This document shows, one piece after another, positions 10,101 through 19,153 of a stretch of DNA of 64,000 bases; position 1 is the stretch's first letter, and every line of letters starts with the position of its first letter. This stretch comes from a virus. The position numbers were made by a program, and so were the translations under genes. Location: IMG/VR virus record IMGVR_UViG_3300036790_000468, positions 63,505 through 127,504 of that record. The stretch is one strand, 5' to 3'. The notes under the pieces are model-generated. The model worked only from the letters and a program-made list of their open reading frames with translations, did not search any database and was not told the DNA's origin.

Positions 10101-10805
10101 ATCACCCTCCTGCGCTTTGATCTCCTCAGGGGTCTTCGGCAGCGCCGGCGGGAACAGCGCGCGGCGGGCCGGGGCGAGCCCGGCCTGCAGCGCCAGGTCG
10201 TCGCCCCACGGCAGCTGCTCGAGCGAGTCCTCCCCGCCGTGCGCGTTCGGCAGCGCCAGCGGGTAGGACCAGTTCGTCACGAGCAGGGAGAGCAGCCCGG
10301 TGGTCAGGTCGTGCCCGGCCGTCGTGCCGTCGCCCGGCCTGATCGCCGAGTAGACGGTGCGCTTGTCGCCGCGGTTGAGCTCGTGCCAGTCGCGCAGCGC
10401 GATCCACGCCCCGGACGGCGTGTGGACCGTGGCGGCGCCGGTACTCGCATCGGCCTGCGCGCCCTCGTCGGACGCCGAGCGGAACAGTGCCTTGCGGATC
10501 GGCTCCACCGCGGACTGCAGGACGCCGTCATCGGCCCAGGAGAGCCGGTCCAGGGCGTCGGGAGCGGCGCTGGGCAGTGGGAGGTCGAAATCCCAGTAGG
10601 TGATCAGCAGGGTGAGCAGGCCCGTGCACGTCTCGAAGGCGGAGGTGCCTCCGTCTTCGCGGCGCGGGCAGTGCTCGAGCACCGCGCGCTTGTGGCCGCG
10701 GGTGAGCGAGCCCCACTCGCCGAGGGTGACGTGGTGGCCGGATGGGAGTGTGATGGTGCGCTCCGCGGTGTCGATGGCCGCCTCGGGCCCGCTCTCCTGC
10801 GTCAA
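10068..10805 (-). CDS. Tail assembly chaperone (gpG-like) with internal domain duplication
   Basis: Follows major tail protein; two ~110-aa homologous halves; ends DPTSPTAGAGD. Confidence 0.8.
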   Translation of the reverse strand: MTQESGPEAAIDTAERTITLPSGHHVTLGEWGSLTRGHKRAVLEHCPRREDGGTSAFETCTGLLTLLITYWDFDLPLPSAAPDALDRLSWADDGVLQSAVEPIRKALFRSASDEGAQADASTGAATVHTPSGAWIALRDWHELNRGDKRTVYSAIRPGDGTTAGHDLTTGLLSLLVTNWSYPLALPNAHGGEDSLEQLPWGDDLALQAGLAPARRALFPPALPKTPEEIKAQEGDPTSPTAGAGD

Positions 10806-10818
10806 ATCAGTATCCTTA

Positions 10819-12081
10819 TCAGTAGGTGTTGGGTGCGACGTTCGTCGTGATCGTGATCTTCAGCGGCGAGGAGCCGCCCGAGCCGCCCGCGTTGGTCGTG
10901 TTGAGCACGCACTTGAACGTGGTCTCGTAGCCCACCGCGGTCTTCGAGGTCTCCGGCTCGGCCGTCTCGAACGCCGCGAGCGCGATGTCGAACTGCACGG
11001 CCAGCAGGTTCGTGCCCGACAGGCCGTTCGAAATCACGTACTGCAGCTGCGGCTGCGTATTGTTCAACATGTAGAGCAGCGCCGTCTCGTCCGGCGCGGC
11101 GGGAACCGTGATCTTCCCTGAGGCCGACAGGCCACCGCGCTGGATGATGTACGGCACCTGCGAGTTGTTCGCCGCGTAGTACACCCCGAGCTCGCGCTTG
11201 ATGTCGATCTGCGCGTCCCCGGTCCAGCCCACCAGCGTCCCGCCCGAGGCCGGTCCGCCGATGCCCACCGCCGTCTGCCACGCCGGGATCGGCTTGATCG
11301 ACGTCCCGTTCGGGGTCGGCAGGGAGCCGAGCGTCACCGACGGGAAAGCCGTGGCCTGCCCGGTCCAGTTCAGCAGCGCGTTCTCCGGCTTGATCATGAA
11401 CGACATCTGCGAGAGCGACGCGCCAGGGTACTGGCGCGCGCCGGAGGTCGCGGTCGGGCCCAGGTAGTGCGTCAGGGTGTGCGACGGCGGCTGCGCCGGC
11501 GCCCCGGCCGTGTTGAGCAGGCTGAAAGCGTACTGATACGGGCCGGTCACCGGCACCACCGCGGCGGCGGACGCCTGTGCGAAGGCCAGACCGGAGGCCG
11601 GCGCGGAGATCGGGATCGTGTACGGGCCCGAACCGGTCGGCGAACCGGTCGTCACCACCACCGCGGTGGCGCCGCTGCCGATCTGTACGAGCGTCGATGC
11701 CGGGATGGAGGCGACCGTCGAGATGCTCGTCGCGCCGGCCGCGGCCGCGGCGGAGAGAGTGGTCGACCCGGACCCGGTCGGGACCCCGGTGACGGCGAGG
11801 TCGCCCATCAGGTTGCGCAGGAAGAACCCGAGCCCGTCGACGAACACCGGGCCGCCGAGAGACAGGTTGCTCTTCTTCGTGCCCTGGATGATGTTGAACG
11901 CGTCGACCGCCATGCTCCCGCGCCACGCCTTGTCGTCCTCGAAGACGGGGACGTCCTTAGGCTTGAACGAGTCCAAGAGCTGGGTGAAGGTCATCGCGGT
12001 CGGGTTGCCCTGGAAGCTTTCGGCCCCGGAGATGCCGACGAACTGCTTGGACGGCGCCCAGGTGATGGGAGTGCTCGTCAT
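10819..12081 (-). CDS. Major tail (tube) protein
   Basis: 420 aa T/S/G-rich; position between connectors and chaperone; inserted TTLSAAAAAGATSI beta module. Confidence 0.85.
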   Translation of the reverse strand: MTSTPITWAPSKQFVGISGAESFQGNPTAMTFTQLLDSFKPKDVPVFEDDKAWRGSMAVDAFNIIQGTKKSNLSLGGPVFVDGLGFFLRNLMGDLAVTGVPTGSGSTTLSAAAAAGATSISTVASIPASTLVQIGSGATAVVVTTGSPTGSGPYTIPISAPASGLAFAQASAAAVVPVTGPYQYAFSLLNTAGAPAQPPSHTLTHYLGPTATSGARQYPGASLSQMSFMIKPENALLNWTGQATAFPSVTLGSLPTPNGTSIKPIPAWQTAVGIGGPASGGTLVGWTGDAQIDIKRELGVYYAANNSQVPYIIQRGGLSASGKITVPAAPDETALLYMLNNTQPQLQYVISNGLSGTNLLAVQFDIALAAFETAEPETSKTAVGYETTFKCVLNTTNAGGSGGSSPLKITITTNVAPNTY

Positions 12082-12082
12082 C

Positions 12083-12421
12083 TCAGGCCTCCTGCACCGC
12101 TACCAGCGGCGCCTCGTTGTCCTTGGCCTGGTTGACCGGCAGATCCGTCGGCCGCCACCGTCCGTCCGGCGCCCCGTCCGGGAACGCGAACACGGTCGCC
12201 GGGAGTGCGGGGATGGCCGGGGACGCGAATACGCCCGGAGCCGCCTTGACCTCGGGGACCGCCGGGCGCGGCGGGTAGGCGGTGAGCGGAATGTGCGGGT
12301 ACTGGGTCGGATCGCCCCAGGTGTACTCGTAGCGGTCGGTCGGCTCGGGCTCGCTCGCCGGCTCGGCGGCGGGCGTCTCGGTCGGCGCGGGGGCCGGAGG
12401 CTGGGACTTGGTTGCGGCCAC
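12083..12421 (-). CDS. Small Pro-rich hypothetical virion-module protein
   Basis: AGGAGG RBS before GTG; fills the gap between terminator-like protein and MTP. Confidence 0.65.
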   Translation of the reverse strand: MAATKSQPPAPAPTETPAAEPASEPEPTDRYEYTWGDPTQYPHIPLTAYPPRPAVPEVKAAPGVFASPAIPALPATVFAFPDGAPDGRWRPTDLPVNQAKDNEAPLVAVQEA

Positions 12422-12449
12422 GATGGGCCTCCTGCCGGTCGGCGACCGG

Positions 12450-12956
12450 TCACGCGGTGATGATCTCCGTGCTGTAGAACCCGATCTCGGCGACCGCGCC
12501 GAGGGTGCCACCGCCGAGGGTGACGGGCTCCGACCAGTGGTAGTCCAGGTTGTACGGCGCCTCGCCGGCTGAGAGGATCGCGTCCGGGCGACCGAGGGTG
12601 CGGCCGCCCGAGCGGATCTGATCTAGCGTCGCCTCGAAGATGCGGTCGAAGTCGTCCTGCGCCCGGAGCCAGTCCGCGTCTCCGGTAGGGCTCGGCGCCC
12701 AGAAATTGAGGATCAAGCTAATCGGGTGGTCGATCTGTTTCTCGCCGCTCTCGGCCCCGCCGAACGCGAGGCGCTTCTCCCGGCCGCGGGCCCGGACGTC
12801 GAGCAGTACGTAGCCCATCGCCCGCGCGGCGTTGTTGGAGGCGGTAAATTGCGGTGTCTGGAACGCCAGCTTGGCCGGGTAAACCTTGACCAGGCCTGGG
12901 ATCTCGGCGGCCGTCAGCCAGTCGGCGGCCGCGTGGCGCACGAGCTCGCGGCTCAT
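12450..12956 (-). CDS. Tail terminator-like protein
   Basis: Size and position before MTP. Confidence 0.6.
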   Translation of the reverse strand: MSRELVRHAAADWLTAAEIPGLVKVYPAKLAFQTPQFTASNNAARAMGYVLLDVRARGREKRLAFGGAESGEKQIDHPISLILNFWAPSPTGDADWLRAQDDFDRIFEATLDQIRSGGRTLGRPDAILSAGEAPYNLDYHWSEPVTLGGGTLGAVAEIGFYSTEIITA

Positions 12957-13855
12957 TATGCGACCCGGATGTAGTCGCCGCGCACCAGGAACTGCTCGGC
13001 GGTCGCCAGGTCGCCGCCAGCGCCCAGCGGGTCCTTCCCGACCTTGACCGGCTCGGTCGAGTTCGCGATGATCGCGGCGTTCCCGCGCATTTTGCCCAGG
13101 GCCTGCACCGCGAGGACGACGGCCTCCTCGACGTCCAGCGGCAGCCCGGTGACTGCGGCCCCGGTCAGGTGGTTGTTGGCCAGCGGGGTCGCGAGCGTCA
13201 GGGTGTTGCCGGAGACCGAGGCGACGTTGAGCTGCTCGCTCGGGGCGCCGTCGCGCAGGAACACCGGGGTGAACCCGGGCAGCACCCCGATCGCCGAACC
13301 CACCGTGACGCTGGTCGCGCCGGCGGCCGCGGGAGCGGCGAGGGTGGTGACCGGGTAGCCGTTGCCGTAGCTGTACCTGATGAACAGCGGATAGCCGGGG
13401 GGCCCGAAGCCGCCGCCGAACTGCAGCGGACCCTGGCTCGACATAACCGGCACGCCTCCGGCCATCACCACGATGCGGGTCGGCTCGACGCTGCAGCCGG
13501 CCAGCGACGCCATCTCAGCCATGGTGGCCGGCGCTGTGCCTGACCAGAAATCGGTCAGCTCGATCACCGGGTGGTACCGCGGCCGGAAAATGATCTGCCC
13601 GTACTGATTCATTGCGGCCTGGCGCTGCTCGGTGTCGATCGTCGCGGCCAGCACCTGCATGCAGATCGAGTCCACCCACGTCGAGGCGCGCCCGATCAGC
13701 TGGGTGAGCTGGTCCTCGCACTCCTGCGGCGTGCCTCCCGCCACGAGCGCGTCCCAAGGCGTGGGGGTGGGCGCCAGCTTGAACTGCTGGTTCGTCAGGT
13801 ACGGGACATGCCGGGTCTGGGTCGTGAGCGTCGTGATGGCGGTCGGGGTCGTCAT
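12956..13855 (-). CDS. Head-to-tail adaptor
   Basis: PYLTNQQFK..LIGRASTWVDSIC..LPLDVEEAV pattern; ATG overlaps upstream stop. Confidence 0.75.
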   Translation of the reverse strand: MTTPTAITTLTTQTRHVPYLTNQQFKLAPTPTPWDALVAGGTPQECEDQLTQLIGRASTWVDSICMQVLAATIDTEQRQAAMNQYGQIIFRPRYHPVIELTDFWSGTAPATMAEMASLAGCSVEPTRIVVMAGGVPVMSSQGPLQFGGGFGPPGYPLFIRYSYGNGYPVTTLAAPAAAGATSVTVGSAIGVLPGFTPVFLRDGAPSEQLNVASVSGNTLTLATPLANNHLTGAAVTGLPLDVEEAVVLAVQALGKMRGNAAIIANSTEPVKVGKDPLGAGGDLATAEQFLVRGDYIRVA

Positions 13856-14220
13856 CAGCTCACCACGATCGTCCCGGCGGGACGGATCACTGTCTCGGTC
13901 GCCGTGGCGATCGAGAGCCACACGTAGTAGGCCCCGGCCGTCAGCGCCGTCACGCCGCCGGTGCCGATCAGGCACTGTGCGACGTAGGAGCCGATGTCCG
14001 TGGTGTCCCAGGACGCCGCGACCCAGTCCCCAGTGGCCGGCGCGTTGATCCCGGCCTCGAACGCCATCCGCACCGTATAAGAGGTCGGATTGACCGGCTG
14101 TCCGCCGGACGCGGCGAAAACCGGCACCTGCAGGTACTCGGTGGACGCGCTCGAAAGCCTCTCCTGCACCACGCCTCCCACCTGCCACTTCGCGCGCGGC
14201 TGCCCGACGTCGATGAGCAT
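13855..14220 (-). CDS. Small beta-rich virion-associated protein
   Basis: 121 aa, coupled to neighbours in the head-neck module. Confidence 0.6.
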   Translation of the reverse strand: MLIDVGQPRAKWQVGGVVQERLSSASTEYLQVPVFAASGGQPVNPTSYTVRMAFEAGINAPATGDWVAASWDTTDIGSYVAQCLIGTGGVTALTAGAYYVWLSIATATETVIRPAGTIVVS

Positions 14221-14223
14221 CGG

Positions 14224-14487
14224 CTACTCGGTCGCGGCCGGGATGAAGGCCTCCGGCCAGTCCGGGCCGAGGACCACGGGGGCGCCGGCCGTGACGGGCC
14301 CTCCGACGGCGAGCGGCGCGGCGTACCAGGTGCCGTGCTCGCACCCGGCGCTCGCCGCGCCTTCGGGGAGTCCGCCCGGGAAACAGCCGTGGCAGTACTC
14401 CGGCTCGGCCACGGCTGCGGCCGTAGGCGCTGGGGCCGGGGCCGGGGCCGGGGCCGGGTCAGTGCTCTTGTGTGGACGCGGCGGCAT
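14224..14487 (-). CDS. Hypothetical protein (PA repeat, CxxC...CEHG)
   Basis: ATG with GGGAGG RBS; MPPRPHKSTDPAPAPAP... Confidence 0.55.
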   Translation of the reverse strand: MPPRPHKSTDPAPAPAPAPAPTAAAVAEPEYCHGCFPGGLPEGAASAGCEHGTWYAAPLAVGGPVTAGAPVVLGPDWPEAFIPAATE

Positions 14488-14746
14488 CGTTGCCCTCCCT
14501 GACGCACTCGCTCCCGCACCGGGAGCAGGACTTGAAGAAGGACCCGAAGCCGCAGGACGTGCAGCGGTAGCCGTTCTGGCGCCGGAACGCGCCGCGGAAT
14601 GCCTGCCAGGAAGCCGGCAGGTTCGCCGACTTCGAATGGACCTTCGCGTCGGCCTCCGGCATCTCGAAGAACCCGTCGCGCGCGGCGTACTCGCGGCCGT
14701 TGATGACGGTGGCGACCTGGCGGCGGTCCTCGGCGGGCACGCGCAT
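14459..14746 (-). CDS. Small zinc-ribbon protein after capsid gene
   Basis: AAGGAG RBS; CTSCGF..CSRCGSEC. Confidence 0.7.
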   Translation of the reverse strand: MRVPAEDRRQVATVINGREYAARDGFFEMPEADAKVHSKSANLPASWQAFRGAFRRQNGYRCTSCGFGSFFKSCSRCGSECVREGNDAAASTQEH

Positions 14747-14764
14747 GCTGCTCCTTCGGGTACG

Positions 14765-14800
14765 GCGAAGGGCCGCACCTGTCGGGGTGCGGCCCTTCGC
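14765..14800 (-). terminator. Stem-loop after major capsid gene
   Basis: Perfect 15-bp stem GCGAAGGGCCGCACC/GGTGCGGCCCTTCGC with 6-nt loop. Confidence 0.75.
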
Positions 14801-14808
14801 GGTGTCGG

Positions 14809-16500
14809 CTACTCCACTCCGACCAGCGCGCCCATCCATGCGGGGGCGTAGTGGACGAGCGTGCCGTACTGGTAGGTGCTGGAGTCGTACGTCATCTGGA
14901 TGTCCGGCCAGTCAATGGCCATGTACTCCTGCACGTTGACCGCCGCGACCGGCGCCGGGATCTGCGCGTCCGGGATCGGCAGCGAGACCGACCGGACCAT
15001 CGCGCACCCCGCCGGCATGTAGCGGTGCACCCGGATGTCCACCACGCGGCTCGTGGCCGGGTTGACGTACCCGGTCACGGTCGTCGACATCGTCACGCCG
15101 GCATCGCCCGTGACCACGTTGGTGCGGTAGCCGGACGCGGCGCCGTTGGTGCCGCCGATCCGCATCAGCTGGTTGAGCTCGGTGCGGATCGCCGCGGTGA
15201 GCCACAGCTCCTCGGGGTCGGCGCCGTTGGCCGTGAACATCGTCGTGAACATCGTGTCGAACTCGACGCCGGGGTTCGCCGTCGAGAGCGTCCCGTTGAT
15301 GCGCTTGAAGTACCCGGACTGAGCCGGGTCCGTCAGGATGCTCAAGAAACCGTCGTAGCCGTTCGGGTTCGCCGAGGTGTCGCTCGTCGACGGGTTGGCG
15401 CCCGAGGTGCCCGGCGTCGTGGTGATCGTGACCGAGTTGCCGATGAACGTGCCCTGGAAGTGGGCGTTGGTGGGCCCGGTGGTCGTACCGACGTAGTACG
15501 CGTAGCCGAGCGACCCGGACGGCTCGGTCCCGACCGTGATGGTGATGGCCGACGCGCTGGTCGTCGCACCGGTGTTGACCACGGTCGAGGGCACCGACTC
15601 GAGTGACCCGCCGCCGGTCGAGGGGCCCGACAGGGCCGTGACGTACACGTAGTACGTCGCGTTCGCGATCGTGGCACCCGAGCCGGAGGCCACCGCGGTG
15701 ATGGCGCCCGGCGCGGCGATCGCGCCCTCGTACCCGGTGCCAGAGCCGCGCCCGTAGAGCATGGCGCGCTCCTCGCCGAGCAGGTGCGCCCACAGCAGCG
15801 CCGTGCGGCTCAGCGCCCGCAGGTCGTCGAACCCGAGGCCGGCGAAGAAGGAGACCCAGTCGACCGCGTCGGAGAAACCGAGCTCGACGTAGCCGACCGA
15901 GTGGGCGTCACCGGTGTAGGTGATCTTCGGCGGCCGGTTCAGGCTCAGACCGCCCCACGTCGACGTGGTCGAGGTCGACGAGAAGAACGGCAGCGCGCTC
16001 GCCGCACCGCCGGCGATACCGGCGTTCGTGTACGACAAGATCCGCTTGAACTGCCGGGCGTTGCCCTGGCCCTTGGGCCGCGGAATGCTGTTGCGCAGCG
16101 GCGTGTCGTGCGGCACCAGCTGCTTCGCCGGCGCTTCGAGGTCGTAGGGCACCAGGCCCTGGACCGTGGCGCCAGAGATGGCGTTGACCGGGCTCGTCGG
16201 AGTCCAGTCCTTCGTGATGTTGGACTTGAGCAGCTCCAGGTCCGCGGCCATCGCCGCGGCCTGGTCCCCGGTCAGGGACTTGGTCAGCGACTCGAGCGCC
16301 GCCGCCATCCGGTTCGGGTCCGCGATCGCCTTGATCAGCGTCTTGGAGTGCCGATCCCAGTGCAGGCGACCGGAGTCGGTCATCGCGAGCGACTCGGCCA
16401 TCGCGCCCTTGAAGGCCTCCAGGCGCATCGCCTGCTCGGCCGGGCTGAGGGCGTCCGCGAACATCTGCTCGAGGATGCCCGCCGTCATACGGGAGGACAT
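14809..16500 (-). CDS. Major capsid protein with Ig/FN3-like insertion
   Basis: After protease/scaffold; LVPYDLEAPAKQLVPHDTPLRNSIPR; EERAMLYG; C-terminal YGTLVHYAPAWMG. Confidence 0.85.
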   Translation of the reverse strand: MSSRMTAGILEQMFADALSPAEQAMRLEAFKGAMAESLAMTDSGRLHWDRHSKTLIKAIADPNRMAAALESLTKSLTGDQAAAMAADLELLKSNITKDWTPTSPVNAISGATVQGLVPYDLEAPAKQLVPHDTPLRNSIPRPKGQGNARQFKRILSYTNAGIAGGAASALPFFSSTSTTSTWGGLSLNRPPKITYTGDAHSVGYVELGFSDAVDWVSFFAGLGFDDLRALSRTALLWAHLLGEERAMLYGRGSGTGYEGAIAAPGAITAVASGSGATIANATYYVYVTALSGPSTGGGSLESVPSTVVNTGATTSASAITITVGTEPSGSLGYAYYVGTTTGPTNAHFQGTFIGNSVTITTTPGTSGANPSTSDTSANPNGYDGFLSILTDPAQSGYFKRINGTLSTANPGVEFDTMFTTMFTANGADPEELWLTAAIRTELNQLMRIGGTNGAASGYRTNVVTGDAGVTMSTTVTGYVNPATSRVVDIRVHRYMPAGCAMVRSVSLPIPDAQIPAPVAAVNVQEYMAIDWPDIQMTYDSSTYQYGTLVHYAPAWMGALVGVE

Positions 16501-16542
16501 TTCGGGGTGCTCCGGCCGCGTGGCACGCGGCGTCGGGCTACG

Positions 16543-18342
16543 TCAGGAGGAGGATCCGGCCGTCTCTTCGGCCAGCGCCATGTAGGCCCGCCGGATCGAG
16601 GGGTCACCGGTCTGCTGGGCGACGGACCGGTAGTAGGCCGCCTTGGTCAGGGTCTCGGGCTCCCGGCTCGGCGCCGTATCCGGCGCGATCAGCACGGGTC
16701 CGCCGGGAATCGGCGTGTCCAAGACCGTCTTCAGCTGGGTGCTGAGCGCCTCGATGCGCTCCTCCTGCTCCCGCTTGGTCTCGGTCAGCGCGGTCACCGA
16801 CTTGCTGAGGTCTGCGACCATCTTCACCAGATCGGTACCGCTCTGATCACCGATGGTAGCGCCGGTGGGGTCTACGGGGGAAGTACCTGCCGCCTTGGCC
16901 GCTGTGGCGGCTGTGGTGACGGCTTCCGCGTTGGGCTGAGCGCCACCGCTCATCTTCTTCGCCTTCTTCCGTGCCGCCTTCCGGGCGGCCTTGTCCCGAT
17001 CGGCCTGCGCGGCATCGGCGATCGCCTGCGCGCCGTCGCCGGGCCCACCGGGCATGTTCTTGATGTCGTCGCCCCCGGAGTCCGGAGTCGGCGCGGGCCT
17101 GGTCGCGGTCGCCGCACCGATAGCACCCGCTACCCCGGACGGGCCGCCCGAGGCTCCCTTCGCGGTGTCCGAGCCGCCGGCCCAGTCGTCCGGCAGGAGG
17201 TTGGTGGCGCCCAGGGCCTTGGCGCGGGCGATGAGGTGTGCCTTGGCCTTGGCCTTGTCGCCGGTGTAGTTGCCCAGCCGGCCGACAGCCGAGCGCAAGT
17301 GGTCCCTGTCCGGGATTGGGAAATCACCGTTGGGCATGGCCACGCCCGACTTCGCGTATGCCCGGCGCTGCGCTGCGGTGAAGCTCTTGAAAAGGTCGGC
17401 TTCGACGTCCAGGCCGATGTAGACGATCGGGGCGCCGTCCTCGTCGAAGTCGTAGGGCTCGTCTGGATCGTCCGCCGCGGCCTGCTCGTTCTGCAGCCAG
17501 CACGTCACCGCGCTCACGGCCTGCAACAGGATCCGGATGTCGCAGGCCTCGTCCAAATACCCGGCGGCGAGCTCCTCGGCCTCGTTGCAGATGAGCTGAC
17601 CGAGCAGCCGCATCACGGCCTTCCCGCCCGCGATGTCCGGCGCCTCGTCCTGCAGCCCGTCGGGCGCGACGGCCTTGATCGCGTCCTGGGGCAGGAGCGC
17701 GATGGCGCCGGCCCGGTCGCGCACTGCTGCCTTGCCGGCGACGGCGAGCGCGAGCTCCCGGTCAAAGGCTGGCGCGGTTGGCTCCGCGCCCTGCGGGTCG
17801 TCGACCATGGCCGCCTTCGCGAGGTCCCCGGCCTCGGCCGGCTCCCCGCTCTCGGGCTCGGCCTCGACCGGGGCCAGCTCGCTCGAGCCCTTGGCCGCCT
17901 TGGCGATCGCGACAGTAGCGGTCGGGTTGCACGGCCGGTCGACCAGGCTGAGCTCGACGATCGTGCCACCGACGATCCGCCCGCCCGGCGCGTCCGCGTC
18001 CTTGACCACGCGCGCGTTCCGGATCCCGATCGAGTAACCCTTGTACGTGCCGGTCTCGACCTTGTGCGCCGACTCGCGGTCGGTGATCAGGGACTTGACG
18101 AACCAGTCCTCACCCGACTGGCTCGTCTCGATACCGACACCGGCAGCGACGGGCCCGTGCATGGCGCGAAGGTTGCTCCAGCGGGCCCAGTCCGGCATCG
18201 CCGACTTGAGCCACCCCGGGTCGCACACCTGCTCGTCCAGGTCAAGGTCCGGGCCCGTGGCCTTGCCGAACACCACGAGGTCGCCCTCGTCGGTGCGCTC
18301 GAACTTGACGATCTCGCCGGCAAAGGCGTGCACAAGCGACAC
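16543..18342 (-). CDS. Prohead protease / scaffold fusion
   Basis: N-terminal HK97-type protease motifs (NLRAMH, YKGYSIGI, ELSLVDRPCNP); low-complexity and coiled-coil C-terminus; GAGGAGG RBS before GTG 18342. Confidence 0.85.
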   Translation of the reverse strand: MSLVHAFAGEIVKFERTDEGDLVVFGKATGPDLDLDEQVCDPGWLKSAMPDWARWSNLRAMHGPVAAGVGIETSQSGEDWFVKSLITDRESAHKVETGTYKGYSIGIRNARVVKDADAPGGRIVGGTIVELSLVDRPCNPTATVAIAKAAKGSSELAPVEAEPESGEPAEAGDLAKAAMVDDPQGAEPTAPAFDRELALAVAGKAAVRDRAGAIALLPQDAIKAVAPDGLQDEAPDIAGGKAVMRLLGQLICNEAEELAAGYLDEACDIRILLQAVSAVTCWLQNEQAAADDPDEPYDFDEDGAPIVYIGLDVEADLFKSFTAAQRRAYAKSGVAMPNGDFPIPDRDHLRSAVGRLGNYTGDKAKAKAHLIARAKALGATNLLPDDWAGGSDTAKGASGGPSGVAGAIGAATATRPAPTPDSGGDDIKNMPGGPGDGAQAIADAAQADRDKAARKAARKKAKKMSGGAQPNAEAVTTAATAAKAAGTSPVDPTGATIGDQSGTDLVKMVADLSKSVTALTETKREQEERIEALSTQLKTVLDTPIPGGPVLIAPDTAPSREPETLTKAAYYRSVAQQTGDPSIRRAYMALAEETAGSSS

Positions 18343-18376
18343 GGTCGCCTCCTCGCCGCGCTCGGCGGCCGATGGG

Positions 18377-19153
18377 TCAGGGTCGTGCTGGGTTGAGCAC
18401 CGGCAGCAGCGCGCACCGGTCGTTCGGGTGGATCGGGGGCGCCGCGTCCCCGGACGGGAACGCCATGCCAACCTGGATGGCGCCTGCGGCCGCGTTCTCG
18501 TCGCAGGCCTTGCACACCCGCTCGTCCTCCGCAGTGGCCCAGAGGTGCTCGCGGATCCCAGCGCGCTGGTAGGCCGCGACGGTCGCCGCGGACTGCGCGG
18601 CGACGAGCTCGGTCAGCGCGAGCCGGTAGGCGCGGTCCGGATCCTCGAGGAACGCGTAGAACCGCGCCTTGATCTGGTCGGCGCCTTCGCCGCGGGCGAC
18701 CGCGTCCGCCATGATCCGCGCCAGGGCCCGCAGGCGGGTGTTGGCGAGCTGCGCGGCCATGCTCTCCGCGCGGGCCTCGAACTGCCGGTACGCCGCGTCG
18801 TCCCCGATCGACTCGAGCAGGCGCCGGGTGACGCCCTGCTCGGTGCCCGGGCGCCACCCGCCCCAGTTCACAGAGTTCACCCCGTCGAGCGCTGCGGCCG
18901 CGGAGCGTACCCCGATCCAGTAGCCGTCCGCGTAGATCGCAGCGAGCAGCGGGGCGAGGATCGCGGCCAGGTGCAGCGCGACGCCGTGCGAGGCGAGAAA
19001 CATCCCGAACGAGGCGATCCGCCCGCCCTCGAACGCGGGCCCGGGGACGGTCGGCTGGCCGAGCTCGGCGATCGCCGCGCCGGTGAGGAATCCGAGGTCG
19101 AGCGCCGCGAGGGCGGCGGTGATCTCAGCTGCCCAGTGCTGGGCGGCCTTCAC
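18377..19153 (-). CDS. MuF-like head morphogenesis protein
   Basis: RLALTE..W..DERVCKACDEN..PPIHPNDRC motifs. Confidence 0.9.
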   Translation of the reverse strand: MKAAQHWAAEITAALAALDLGFLTGAAIAELGQPTVPGPAFEGGRIASFGMFLASHGVALHLAAILAPLLAAIYADGYWIGVRSAAAALDGVNSVNWGGWRPGTEQGVTRRLLESIGDDAAYRQFEARAESMAAQLANTRLRALARIMADAVARGEGADQIKARFYAFLEDPDRAYRLALTELVAAQSAATVAAYQRAGIREHLWATAEDERVCKACDENAAAGAIQVGMAFPSGDAAPPIHPNDRCALLPVLNPARP

